The notes: generated by a model not told the origin, from the letters alone. Numbered from the stretch's first letter, positions 13,252 through 26,651 are shown. The stretch is DNA of 64,000 nucleotides from Octopus bimaculoides (GCF_001194135.2 NC_068988.1:42991966-43055965); one strand, 5' to 3'. Numbers and translations: made by a program.

Positions 13252-13757
13252 ATTGCATAAATACACACGCTACTGCAGAGATTGCGCATTCATAATACAC
13301 TATTGTACAAATATACATTGTTGCAAACAAAAACATTTACACATATAAACGCACGCTTACACACGAACACGTGCACGACAATAGCTTGTACACACGCACA
13401 TATACCATAGCGTGTGCACACAAACATACAGACCACACCCTTACATGCACTGAAACACGTTCGCACGCACTATTGCACATATATATACACATGCTCACGA
13501 GCCAGAGGGAAAGAGGCAAAGAGAGAGGGAGGAATATATACATACATATATATATGTACTCTGGTTATTATTATTTTCTTGTCTACGTTTTGTTTGCAAT
13601 GTCCTATACCCAGATATGCACCTATATATACAGGTAGACGTAGGTATGCACATACCTGTACGTATATATACATATACTCGTGCACCAGCATGACCGCAGC
13701 CACTTGGCTGAAACCCATAAATAAGTAAATAAATAAATACTCATTTATTATTTGTTT

Positions 13758-13794
<37 letters not shown>

Positions 13795-14030
13795 GGGAGA
13801 GAGAGAGAGGGAGAGAGGGAGAGAGAGAGGCAGGCTTAATAGTAATTTATACAGGAACACATGCTTTATGAAAGGGACATACATCTGTGTAAGACCCCTT
13901 TAAAACTAATTTCTTTCAGCTGTTGTTCTTGCTGTTTGTCTTGTTACAGTTGGTGTTGATTTTGTTGTTGTTTCTTTTGCTCTTCCGGCTGTTGATCTTA
14001 TTCTTGTTGCTGTTGATGTAATTATTCTCT

Positions 14031-14441
14031 TTTACTCTTTTACTTGTTTCAGTCTTTTGACTGTGGCCATGCTGGAGCACCGCCTTTAGTCGAGCAAGTC
14101 GACCCCAGGACTTATTCTTTGGAAGCCTAGTACTATTCTATCGGTCTCTTTTGCCGAACCGCTAAGTTACGGGGACATAAACACACCAGCATCGGTTGTC
14201 AAGCGATGTTGGGGGGACAAACACAGACATACAAACACAGACATACAAACACATACACACATACATATATATATATATACATATATACGACGGGCTTCTT
14301 TCAGTTTCCGTCCACCAAATCCACTCACAAGGCTTTGGTCGGCCCGAGGCTATAGTAGAAGACACTTGCCCAAGATGCCACGCAGTGGGACTGAACCGGG
14401 GACTATGTGGTTGGTAAGCAAGATACTTACCACACAGCCAC
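14031..14441 (-). mobile_element. SINE family B, full length
   Basis: Reverse complement of the family B pattern, including the internal microsatellite and tail. Confidence 0.92.
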
Positions 14442-14620
14442 AATATTGATATTATTGTTGATGTTATTCTCGCTACTGGTATTTTAAATTGTTGTTCTGG
14501 TTGTTCTTGATGTTATTTTTTGATATAGTTATTATTGTTGGTATTCCTACTAATAGTCTTCTTCTTCTTCTTCTTCTTCTTCTTCTTCTTCTTCTTCTTC
14601 TTCTTCTTCTTCTTCTCATT

Positions 14621-14882
14621 AAGGCGGCAAGCTGGCTGTATCGTTAGAACGCCGGGCGAAATGCTTAATGGTATTTCATCTGTCGCTTCGTTCTGAGTTC
14701 AAATTCCGCCGAGGTCGACTTTGACTTTCATCCTTTCGGGGTCGATAAATTAAGTACCAGTTGCGCACTGAGGTTGATCTAATCGGCTGGCCCCTTTCCT
14801 CCAACCTTTCGAGTCTTGTGCTTAGAGTTGAAAAGATTATTATTATTATTATTATTATTATTATTGTTCAGTAGTTCTATTT

Positions 14883-14915
<33 letters not shown>

Positions 14916-15214
14916 TATTATTATTATTAAGATTAAGGCTGCGAGCTGGCAGAATTGTTAGCACGCAGGGAGAAATACTTACCAGTATTTCGTCTGTCGC
15001 TATACTCTGAGTTCCAATTCTACCGAGATCGATTTTGCCTTTCATCCTTTCGGGGTCGATTAAATAAGTATCAGTTACGCACTGGGTCGATGTAATCGAC
15101 TTTATTCCTTACCTCAAATTTCAGACCTTCTACCTCTAGTGGAAATTATTATTATTATCATCATCATCATCATCATCATTATTGTTGTTGTTGTTATTGT
15201 TATTGTTGTTGTTG

Positions 15215-15248
<34 letters not shown>

Positions 15249-16345
15249 GAAAGCTCACGCTGGACGAAATGCTTAGCGGTATTTCACCTGTTGCTATGTT
15301 CTGAGTTCAATTTCCGCCGAGGTTGACTTTACCATTCATTCTTTCGGGGTCGATAAAATAAATAGGAGTTGATAACTGGAGTCAATGTAATCGACTCATG
15401 CCCTCCCCCAAAATGGCTGTGCTTGTGGCAAAATTTGAAATTATTATTATTATTATTAAGGCGACGAGCTGGCAGAATCGTAAGCTGGGCGAAATGCTTA
15501 TTGGTAGTTTCGTTCATCTTTACGTTCTGAGTTCAAATTCAGCCGAGGTCGAATTTGCTTTTCATTCTTTCGGGACCGATAAATTAAGTACCAGTGAGAC
15601 ATTGGGATCGATGTAATTAACTAGTCTCCTTCAACAAATTTCAGGCCTTGTACCTATCATAGAAAGGATTATTATCATTATTATTAAGGCGGCGAGTTGG
15701 CAGAATCCTTAGCCTGCCAGGTGAAATGTTTAGCGGTATTCCGTCCGTCTTTACATTCTGAGTTCAAATTCCGCCGAGGTCCATTTTGCCTTTCATCCTT
15801 TTTCGGGGTCGATAAAATAAGTACCAGCTGAGTACTGAGATCGATGTAATCGACTGGTCTCCCTCCTCCAGATTTGTTGGCTTTGTGCCAAAATTTGAAA
15901 CCAAAGGCTGCGAACTGGCAGAAACGTTAGCACACCGCGCAAAACGTTTAACAGTATTTCTTACATCTTTACGTTCTGAGTTCAAATTCCATCGCGGTCG
16001 ACTTTGTTTTTCATCCTTTCGGGGTTGACAAATTAAGTACCTGTGAGACACTTGGGCCAATGTTACCGACTATCCCCTCCTCCAAAATTTCAGGCCTTGT
16101 GTCTTTAGTAGAAAGAATTATTATTATTCTTAAGGCGATGAACTGGCAGGGTCGTTAGCACGCCGGATAAAATGCTTAGCGGCATTTCGTCCGCCTTTAC
16201 GTTCTGAGTTTAAATTTCGTCGAGGTTGGCTTTGCCTTTCATCATTTGGGGGTCAATAACATAAGTACCAGTCAAGTACTGGGGTCGATTTAATAAACTA
16301 AACTACCCTCTTCCCCAATTGCATGCCTTGTACCTATAAAAGAAA
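14621..16345 (+). mobile_element. Head-to-tail array of 7 family-C SINEs (~215 bp each), mostly joined by (ATT)n linkers
   Basis: Heads (aaggcggcgagctggcagaatcgttag type) near 14621, 14936, 15246 (partly deleted), 15458, 15687, 15904 and 16132. B-box gagttcaaattcc. Shared body gaggtcgactttgcctttcatcctttcggggtcgataaa. Confidence 0.9.
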
Positions 16346-17096
16346 TGATTTTTGTTTGTGTTACAGCCATTGCTTTTCGTTGATTATTGTTCTTGTTGCA
16401 CTTGTTTTTGCTGCTGCTATTGATCACGTGGCACTAATTGTTGTTGTTATTGTTGTTGTTGTTGTCGTTGTTGTTGTTGTTGTCCTTACTGTTGAACCAT
16501 TTCTCAACACTGTCAAACATTCTAGGAACGCTCTGACCCTTTATTTGCTAAAGAATTCCAGCCCTCTGATCTGCTGATTTATCCCCCGTTAAGCCGCTAT
16601 CAAGGTTGCAATGTTATTACACCCTATAAAGTACATGGAAGAGTGGCGGCGTCAGCGATGGTGGCGGTTGTGTCAGTGACAGTGGCGGTGTATGAGACGG
16701 TGGTAATGGTAGTCGGTGGTGACAGTGGTGTTGGAAAAGGAAAGAAGTTAGATGTAACAAAATGGCGTACAAGTTCACTTTTCACCAGTTAATATAAAAG
16801 AATACGAAAAATACATATACATGCATACATACATACATACATACATACATACATACATACATACATACATACACACATACAAACATACATACATGCATAT
16901 ATACATACACACATACACACACACGCACACACACACACACACATACGTACACACACATATATATNNNNNNNNNNNNNNNNNNNNNNNNNNNNNNNNNNNN
17001 NNNNNNNNNNNNNNNNNNNNNNNNNNNNNNNNNNNNNNNNNNNNNNNNNNNNNNNNNNNNNNNNNNNNNNNNNNNNNNNNNNNNNNNNNNNNNNNN

Positions 17097-17161
<65 letters not shown>

Positions 17162-19353
17162 TAAAATATATTATCTTAATGGAGAAAACTACTACTATTC
17201 TGCAAATTGTCAATGCAGCCAAAAACTATTCGCTGCAATTTCTTCGTCTTTTCTTATCTTTACTGTAACTTCCGAGCACATGATAATTTCACTTTTACTT
17301 CTCTAGAATGCTATTCTTTAGAAATCCTTTCCAGCCCACAACTTTTCATATTAACACCGAAATACAGACGTTCTAATTTATCATCAGCGATATTAATCTC
17401 ACCAGTCTGGGAGGGTCTGCAGTGGCTACGAATTTCTTCCCTTCTCATCTGACTAATTTATTATAACCCGAAAAAAGAAAAAAACGAGCAAAAAACAAAA
17501 CTTTAACACAGCTTGTATTTAAATGTTACTCTTTAGATAAAGTAGCCAGTGTTATATTATTATTCCGTCTTAATTTAAACGTTTTATTTTCGAAGTCTTT
17601 AATTATTTTTATTTTAAAATTACACAAAAAGAACTATTGAATCTGGTATCCCAGTATGTCCACAGTAACTGATCGAAAATATACATATAAAAAATATAAA
17701 TAAAAGGTTCAATCTATTTTGCATTGCTCCCATGATGTAAAACAATTAAACAAATGTAAAATCAATTTCGCTTTTAGAATTACAAAAATGTTATTTTCCT
17801 CTTCATTATTAGGGAATGGAGCAACAGAAACATGTAAATACTGATCTAAATTTCTCTTTGTATTTAGATATGCCCTTTTAAATCCCGCCAAGGTCGTTTT
17901 TTTTACTTTCATTTCCTCGAGTCTCGATAGCAACATATACCAGACATAAACTAATAATATACGTACCTTGCAAATTTGTCACCTTCTGTATTTAAAGTAA
18001 ACATTCATTATTTAATAGATGGTGGGAGGTGGAAGGAAGGAATTAGATGAGTACCTGTGAATGGAATTAGAAGTTAATGTTTTACTTGTAAATGTTTTGC
18101 TGTATTTGAATACGTTGGTTTACCTTGACTTTAGCTCCAGGGTCGATAGTAGCATGTACCCAGCCCGAACCAAACCCTTCCTTTTATAAATTTATAGCCT
18201 TGTGACAAAGTTAGGAATAAAAAAATTCAGAAGTAATGATTCATCATTTAACATAACAAAGAGCAATGGTTGAATATCGGTCAAGCCGCCATCATTTGCC
18301 ATGTTTAATGGTATCTTTTTTTTTTTTAAGTTCATATTTTAAATCTTGCCAAAGGTGACTTTCGTTTTAATCACTTAATAGAAATCTGTAACAAGGTTGT
18401 ATTAAACGACTTGCCAATAGTCAGTCTTGTGACAAAATGAGAAATTAAAATTCTAGTGCAATGAATCATTATTTAACATAACAATGAGTAATTAATAAAC
18501 ATAACAAGAGCGCTTATTTAATATTACGCTGGCATTTAAGATTCTGGATTTGTAAATTTTGCCAAGGTCGAAAATTTGGATTCCATGCCTCCAGGATCGA
18601 TAATATTAGCAACATGAAATAAAAAATCAATTCTATAGACGAATAGTCCATTCTAGAATTTGAGACCCTTCACTCAATGTGGCTAACAATAACATTTTAA
18701 TTTGTTGATATATTAATTTATTCCTTCGTTTATCCGGATATCATATTTATTTTAATATTTTATATAAATTTTTAGATTTATTATTTTATCTTCATTTTAC
18801 AATAATTAACAAAATTATTTTAATTTTATATATTTTTATTTGTAAATTTGTTATGAAATGTTTTGGAATTTGTTCTTAAAGTTTTCATATTTTAAAGTTT
18901 TTTTTTAAATTTTATTTTTTAGAAAGATTTTTTGAAAATATTTAAAATCTTATTTTTATCTTTAAATTTAATTTAAATTTGATTTATTTTCTAAAATTAA
19001 TTTTTGGATTTAATACATTACTTGAAATATATATATTTTAAAATAATATTTAAAAAAAATTATTTACGATTATATTCTTTGAAACCCATCGAATTGCGTT
19101 CATGCTAGAGCATAGCATACAAGAGTCTTAGTCAATCATATGAATTCTATTACCTATTTCAGTTTAGTTCTTATTTCAAAGACATCTATAAGACGAAGCG
19201 CGAAGTTACGGGACATAAAATGACATAAACAACATCACTGATTTTCAGATCGGTGTGAACGTAAACATTATGATGTTTTCAACGCAGTGTCAGTTCAGCA
19301 AATTTTATTTACCTGATATTGCACGATCCAGCACTAGAGTATGAGATGAATGC

Positions 19354-19526
19354 CTTCTTCTTCTTCTTCTTCTTCTTCTTCTTCTTCTTCTTCTTCTTCT
19401 TCTTCTTCTTCTTCTTCTTCTTCTTCTTCTTCTTCTTCTTCTTCTTCTTCTTCTTCTTCTTCTTCTTCTTCTTCTTCTTCTTCTTCTTCTTCTTCTTCTT
19501 CTTCTTCTTCTTCTTCTTCTTCTTCT
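19354..19526. repeat. Long pure (CTT)n microsatellite (~57 units)
   Basis: Directly visible. Confidence 0.97.
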
Positions 19527-19639
19527 CCTATACTGTTTTCATTATCACCATTGAATTATCAAAGAATCCTCTTCATCTTTGTTTGCTCCTAATCCTGTTA
19601 GTAGAAAACAGGAAAAAAAGTTGGTGCCGTTGTTATTAT

Positions 19640-20060
19640 TTAAACTAATGTTTGGGTGGTGAATTGACAGAAAAGAATATCGGATAAAATACCTTACCCC
19701 TTAGATTCTGGGATGAAACTTCACCGGGGGCCACTTTGCATTTCAGCCTCACGAGATCGATAAAAAAAGAATATCAGCCAAATACTGGGGTCGATGGTTG
19801 CAACTAACTACTCCTCTCAAAAACTGCTGGCCTTGTGCTTAAATAAGAAACCACTTAAAGATGTTGGGTGAATTGGTAGAGCGTTTGGAAAAAAGGTTTG
19901 GCGAGGCTTGTCTCGGTTCATTAGGTTCTGAATTAAACTCTCGACGAAGTCAACTTTGCCTTTCATCTTTTCAGGGTCGATAATATAAGTACTGGGGTCA
20001 ATGTAATCGATTTGTCTCTTCCCTCAGAATTGCTGGCCTTGTGCCAAAATTTGGAACGAT
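19640..20060. mobile_element. Degenerate family-C SINE fragments
   Basis: actttgcctttcatctttt...gggtcgataa and ggccttgtgccaaaatttggaac motifs. Confidence 0.65.
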
Positions 20061-20104
20061 TATTATTATTGTTGTTGCAATTCCCTATGTCTTTCATCCC
20101 CCCT

Positions 20105-20136
<32 letters not shown>

Positions 20137-20987
20137 ACTCACTCTACTCTCTCTCTCCCTATTTCGTCTTGCCTAGCCTTGACACACAGACGTACAACAG
20201 CATTTTCATTTCAACATCATAACAGAACAATAAATAAAAAACAACAACAATAACGACAACAAAAGCAAACTAAAAGAAAGACAAAATCGATAAAGCTTTA
20301 CCGAAGGAAGACAATGTTTGTGTGAGAATCATACAATGGGAGGACGAGGACCAGGCCTCTTAACAATCCCACAACAATTATATCTGAACGATCCTTTATA
20401 TTTGGGAAAGAAGGGGCTGTGTTTGTTGTTGAATCTTCACAGTATTTGATTAGAGTCGAAGTAGTTATTTCTGAGAGTTGAATGAATAATTTGAATATTT
20501 TCATAGAAATAAACGTCGTAAAATTGTTGGGAAAAAAAAATACTTTCTACTTCTTGTCGATGCAATTATTGTTGTTGTTGTCGGTATTGTTATAGTTGTT
20601 ATTATTAATGTAGATCTTTGTTTCTTGTTTTTTATTGCTATTCTTGATGCAGTTGTTGATGTTTTGATGTTGTTGTTGCTATTACTGCGAATTTTGTTGA
20701 TTTTGTAATTAATGGTGCAGTTGATGTTGCTGCTGCTGCTGCTCTTTATCTACCTTCTGTTTCGCTTCCCACTGTTCTTCTTCCTTCATTTCCTTTTTCT
20801 TCCCTATAGCAAAAATAACAACAACAGCAGCAGCAGCAGCAGCAGCAACAACAACAACATCAACAACAGCAACGGTTTCAAATCTTGGCAAAAGACCAGC
20901 AATTTACATCGGTAAACATTCTGCCTGCTCACCTCCTTACAATAATAATAATAACAATAATAATAATAATAATAATCATAATAATCC

Positions 20988-21498
20988 TTTCTACTGGAAG
21001 CACAATGCCTCAAATTTGGGTGAAGGGATTAAGTCGATTACATCGACCCCAGTGGGTAACTGGTACTTATTTCATCGTCTCCGAAAGGATGAAAGCAAAA
21101 TCGACTTCGGTGGAATTTGAACTCAGAAGGTAACAGCAGAAGAAATACTGCTTAGCATTTCGTCAAGCGCGCTAACGATTCTACCAGCACGCCACCTTAA
21201 TAATAATAATAGTAATGATAATAATAATAATTAATTCGTTTTAATAATAATAATAATAATAATGATGATGATGATGATGATGATGATGTCAATTCTTTCC
21301 ACTAAAGGCATAAGGCGTGAAATTTTGGGGGAGGAGACTAGTCGACTACATCGACCCCAGTGTTTCCCTGGTACTTATCTTGTCGACTCTGAAAAGGTGA
21401 AAGGCAAAGTCGAATTTAAACTCAGAGCATAACGACGGCACGAAATGCCGCTAAGCATTTCGCCCGGCGTGCTAATAACTTTGTCAGCTCACCGCCTT
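20988..21498 (-). mobile_element. Two tandem family-C SINEs
   Basis: Reverse-complement copies at ~20988-21198 and ~21294-21498, separated by (AAT)n/(GAT)n. Confidence 0.88.
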
Positions 21499-21502
21499 GA
21501 TG

Positions 21503-21536
<34 letters not shown>

Positions 21537-21985
21537 TTGTCCCAATCGATATAAACGTATCTGTCAAGACCTACCAAAAACTGAGCAAATATAAAGATCT
21601 TGAAATAGAAATTAGAAAAATGTGGAATCTGAAGACGAAAACAATACCTATTGTCATAGGTGCCCTGGGAATGACAGCGAAACGGGCTGATTACTACCTA
21701 GCTCAGATACCAGGAAACCCCAAAATGGCTGAAGTTCAAAAGATAGTGTTCATGGGAACTGCCCATATCCTACGTAAAATACTGTCTATGTGATCTCAAA
21801 TTTTAAAGCAAACACATAATTTTCTTATGGTTTCTTAAACATTCACTTGAACAAAACTGTACAAATCCAAATATATGGTACCCTAGGCATAACACCTACA
21901 TGAACTTCTAACTTGTTGTCTCTTGAGGTCTCTGGGTGAGACTTGGATCCAACTTGTACAAATGCAAAACAAAAGTCAAACATAA

Positions 21986-22026
<41 letters not shown>
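21537..22026 (+). mobile_element. 5'-truncated R4/Dong-like non-LTR retrotransposon (RLE C-terminus and 3' UTR) inside (TAA)n
   Basis: Encodes ...KLSKYKDLEIEIRKMWNLKTKTIPIVIGALG...VQKIVFMGTAHILRKILSM* (stop 21791-21793), an R4-clade restriction-like endonuclease tail. (AAT)n on both sides. Confidence 0.85.
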
Positions 22027-22027
<1 letters not shown>

Positions 22028-22400
22028 CCGTTCTTATTATAGGCACATGGCCTGAAATTTGGTGGGGTGGGGCTGCTAGTCGATTACATCGGCCCCAATG
22101 TTCAACTGTACTTACTTCATCGACTTTGGGCGGAATTGGAACTCGGAGTGTAAACAATCGGAAGAAATAACTTGATGTATTTTGTCCGACACTCTAACGA
22201 TTTTGCTAGCATGCCACCATCAAATGGACTCCGATTTTGGCACAATGCCAGCATTTCTGAGAGAGCATGGTTAGTCGATACCATCAGTCTCCAGTACCTC
22301 TTTCGCATCTTTGCTTTACTGATCAGGAGGGAAGGATGAAAGGTGAAAACTGACTTCGGTGATATTTGAACTCAGAATGTAACACTCAGACAATTATGCC
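22028..22400 (-). mobile_element. Family-C SINE copy plus partial copy
   Basis: aggcacatggcctgaaattt...gtcgattacatcg...atttgaactcagaatgtaa. Confidence 0.75.
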
Positions 22401-22641
22401 AGCTTACAATCATCATCATCATCATCCTCATCATCGTGATCATCATCATTGTGATCATCGTCGTCATCGTCACCATAATCATCATTATCAACAGCACCAA
22501 CACCATTACTATGACCACAAACCACCATCATCATCGTTATCTTCATCATCGCCATCACCATCAACATCATCATCATCATTGTCGTCGTCGTCGTCATCAT
22601 CATCATCATCGTCACCCTTATCATTATCATCATCATCACCG

Positions 22642-22699
<58 letters not shown>

Positions 22700-22790
22700 T
22701 ATCGCCATCATTATAACCATCATATTCGAAGCCATCATCATTACTCTCATCATCGCACACATATCCAACGCCATCATCATACTCAACAGC
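22400..22790. repeat. Degenerate (CAT)n low-complexity tract
   Basis: Directly visible. Source of the poly-H/M/D/S ORFs. Confidence 0.92.
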
Positions 22791-22932
22791 ATTATATCTT
22801 TCTTATTCTTTATTCCTTTTTCAACGACTTTGACATGTAAAAATGAAAAAAAATATTTTCACCGTATTAAAATCTAATATCCTTCCTCTCAGCAAGAAAT
22901 TATACTTGCGTATTTAATTCTTCGTAAATCAG

Positions 22933-23145
22933 ATCCATGAACTTTGGACTGCTGCAGAGGTTCTACATGAGATGAAACCTTCGTACAATATCAAACCAAT
23001 GTCAACCTTATTTGCTAAGAACCAACTTCAGTCTATCGTCCGAAATGGAACTCGAACTATGAAACCATTGGACGGCGTATGGACACAGATACAAGTCGAC
23101 CAGATATGGCTCACCAGATACAATAGCATAACATCAAATCAATAA
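22933..23145 (+). CDS. Weak candidate coding exon
   Basis: Acceptor-like ttcttcgtaaatcag| then 70 open codons (IHELWTAAEVLHEMKPSY...). Possible donor ggc|gtatgg at 23076 would give a 144-nt phase-0 exon. Protein not recognised. Confidence 0.25.
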   Translation: MHELWTAAEVLHEMKPSYNIKPMSTLFAKNQLQSIVRNGTRTMKPLDGVWTQIQVDQIWLTRYNSITSNQ

Positions 23146-24935
23146 CGATAATATTTGCAAAGTAGTAATTTCAGTCTACTTTCAGTTGTCTTTGTTTTCC
23201 CATTATAGAGTCAAATGGTAATTTATTATGCTTTTAACAAAAGTTGGCTTAGCAACGAAAAACAACTCCCCGCCTCTAACTACTCTTCTCAATAAACGAT
23301 TGTTAGTTGAAAGAGCCATTATATCATCATTATTGACTGACCGTTATATCATTATTGACGTCATAGCTTTATGGCACCAATAGCTTGCAGTAGAGAAGAG
23401 GGAACAATAAATAAACCGAGAAGAAAATATATTAAAAAAATAAATTAATCTAAAGCATTATCAGCATCAATAGGAGAATGACAAGTAAAACCAACTATAA
23501 CAATAATGAAAATAACATGAACAACTATAACAATAATAAAAATTCATGTATTTCCGCTGCTTCAACGATATGTCAATAATTGAGACGCACACAACCCGCA
23601 GACATTTTTAAGCACACTAAATTATTACCGGAAGAGAGCTTGACGCTCTCTAACTCTGAAATAAAAATAACAAAATACATCGTTAAAATTTAGAGCTAAA
23701 AATGAAAATAAAAGCTTGATGATTAATTGTTTTGTTCTCATTTTACAGCTGGTTTCACGTTTTCAATTAACCTTCCTGTCAATAATTATGGATCACTAAT
23801 TAACAATCGAGAGCTATTGATGACCAGTGTGGTATAGTTCAGGGATAACAACCGAAACTTCAACAATTCTCATCTTGTCACGGGCACCGCGTTGTCTCCG
23901 TAACGGTGGCACACAGCAGCTCTCAAAAAATCTCCGACCACTGAGATATAAATACATATTACATCATAGTACAGAACCGTAGCTGCAAATAACGATCGTA
24001 TTAAAAATTGACAAGTAGTTCGTTGTTTGGTAATGCTGTAAATATATATGTATCTTCACGACTTTGAGGGGCTTCTAATAACTGGTGTGCAGTTCTACTT
24101 TTGGATCGTGGTGGATGCTAGGTTTATCTCCTCGTAGATAAATATAGATTCTATGCAAATTAATATTCTCATCATATCAAGACACTATTTCCTACAGCTA
24201 GCTGAACGTAAACATTGTAGTATTATATGTATTAATCAAATACACGAGGGGACGACTGCAATAGATATCAAATAACGACCTATCCAATTAGCTATTTCGT
24301 TTCCATCATAAATGCTGTTCTGGTTCGAAGAGAGGATTAGATGGGTGTTTCGTTTGCAAGACCTCACAAACCCTGTTAAACACACAAGTTCTACAGAATC
24401 AACAATATAAGATATTAAGACAGGTCCATACCTCATGGTATTTATCAAATGGTACAGAAATTGTAATTATTGCAGTTCAGAGAACAGAGACAAATTTCGC
24501 AACCCAGGAATGATACTAAGATTTGTTCATGGTTAAGTCACTAAACTCGAGCTTACTCATCATATCAAATTATGAATAGACTACCTACACATCTATGAAT
24601 GGTTAACTTTTGCAAAGAGTGGGAGCAATGTATCTTTAACGTGTGTTTCCTAATTTTACGGTTGAGAGTTTTTTTTTTTCATAAGGACTTCGAGATAATA
24701 CAGAAAGTATAAACGTATAAATATATAAATATATAAATGTAAAGCAAAAGTTCTTTAATTCATGAATTTCACACAGCGAAAATGTATAAAACAGATATAA
24801 ATACAAAAATATACCCTTCTAAAATGTGTGTAGGTTTATACGTGTGCATGTGTGTGTACGCACGTACGCACACACTAATATCACAGGATACAGCAAAAAC
24901 TAAAACTAGAAATTTTAATCCCAAACGGTTCATCG

Positions 24936-25272
24936 GGCATGGCTGTGTGGTAAGAAGCTTGCTTCCCAACCACATGGTTCCAGATTCAGTCTCACTGCAT
25001 GACACTTTGGACACGTGTCTTTTACTATAGCATTGGGTCGACCAATTTGATAGACGGAAACTGAAAGAATCTCGTTGTGTGTGTGTGTGTGTGTATATCT
25101 GTCCCCCACAACCACTTAACAACCAGTGTTGATGGGTTCACATCCCTGTAACTTAGCGGTTCGGCAAAAATTACCGATAAAATAAGTACTAGGATCGATT
25201 TGTTCGACAAATATCTTTCATGGCGATGCCCCAGCATGGCCGCAGTCAAATGACTGAAACAAGAAAAAGAAT
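24936..25272 (+). mobile_element. SINE family B with internal deletion
   Basis: ggcatggctgtgtggtaagaag...cagtcaaatgactgaaacaag. Confidence 0.88.
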
Positions 25273-25334
25273 AAAAGATAGGAAAAAAACGGTGATTGTG
25301 TTGGGTAAGAGCCATGACACTACTATATTAATCT

Positions 25335-25690
25335 TGTCTACTATGGGCACAAGGCCTGAAATTTTGGGGGATGGGAAAAGTCGATCATATCGACCTCAGC
25401 AGAATTTGAATTCAGGGAGTAAAGACGGACGAAACGCCGCTAAGTATATTTCCCGGCGTGCTAACGTTTCGGCCAGATCGCCATCTTCGCACTGGCTTCA
25501 CGTTTTGGTCCAAGGCCAGCAAGTCTAGGGGAGGGATTAAGTCGATTACATCAACCCCAGTGATCAACTGGCAATTATTTTATCGACTCCAAAAGGATGA
25601 AAGGCAAAGCGGGATTCGGCAGAATTTGAATTCAGAGCGCAAAGACGGATGAAGTACCACTGCTACCGATTCTGCCAACTCGCCGCCTTG
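25335..25690 (-). mobile_element. Two family-C SINE copies
   Basis: Reverse-complement family C motifs. Confidence 0.8.
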
Positions 25691-25945
25691 ATACACTACA
25701 ATATAATGATAAATACTACTGCTTTGGACGGAATTTGTAACTTGAGTGCTTTTCAACTGGCTTTGAATTTTCTGTTATCGATTGCTGTTATCTCTTTTTT
25801 TCTCCTAGACCTTTAAAACATCTGATATCACAATAGAAACTCGTGTTTCATTTACTCACCGTGTACATCAACGTGAGTAGCTGCACGTTCGCTGTTGCTT
25901 TATTTTTTTACTTCCTCTTGCTGTATTCTCTATTATTACACACGC

Positions 25946-26392
25946 ACCAGGTGTGCCTGTGTGGTAAGACATTTGCTTCCCAAACACATAGTTCTGGTTT
26001 CAATACCATAGCCACAGCGTGGTATCTTGGCTAAGTGTCATTTACTCTAGCCTCGGGCCAACCAAAAACCTTGTGAGTGGATTTGGTACACGGAAACTGA
26101 GAGCCGCGTTGTATACAGGTATATGTATACACTTATGCATGTATGTATATATGTATGATTGCATGTATGTATGTGCGTCTTTGAGTCTGTCTCTGTACTC
26201 CACCACCGCTTGACAACCTGTGTTGCTGTGTTTACGTCCCCGTAACTTAACGTTTCGGCAAAAGAGACCGACAGAATAAGTACCAGGCTTAAAAAATGTA
26301 TTGGAATTGATTCGTTCGACTAAAATTCTTCAAGGCGGTGTCCCAGCGTGACTGTAATCTAATGACTGAAATAATTAGAAAGGTAAAAAGAT
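25946..26392 (+). mobile_element. SINE family B, full length
   Basis: Colinear with the other B copies. Tail gactgaaataattagaaaggtaaaaaga. Confidence 0.85.
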
Positions 26393-26397
26393 TATAT

Positions 26398-26651
26398 ATT
26401 GTTCGAATGGCAGATGAACGCATGCCGAAACAGCTGTTTTATGGTGAGCTTGCAGAGGGGAAACGTTATCGGCATAAACCTAAAAAAAGGTTTAAGGATG
26501 GCATAAGGACTGCTATGAAGTCAATTGGAATGGCCCCAAAAGATATAGAAGTCCTCGCTTCAGATCGAGTTGGATGGCGAACAAGGGTGTGGAGTGGAGT
26601 GAAAGCATTTGAAGAGGCCAGGATGATGCAAGCAGGGCTCAAGAGACATTT
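26398..26651 (+). mobile_element. RTE-clade (BovB-like) LINE ORF C-terminal fragment, runs into gap
   Basis: IVRMADERMPKQLFYGELAEGKRYRHKPKKRFKDGIRTAMKSIG...LASDRVGWR...GVKAFEEAR, the characteristic RTE C-terminal motif, with no stops. Confidence 0.9.

Noticed and set aside
14621-16345. Regularly spaced repeats as a CRISPR-like array
   Set aside because: Units are ~215-bp SINEs with Pol III boxes and microsatellite linkers. No short repeat-spacer structure, no cas genes, eukaryotic context.
17355-17395. Minus-strand CUGAUGA...GAA-CG-UC string
   Set aside because: Missing an A of GAAA, only a 2-bp stem II, and embedded in what may be a degraded RTE fragment. Compatible with chance.
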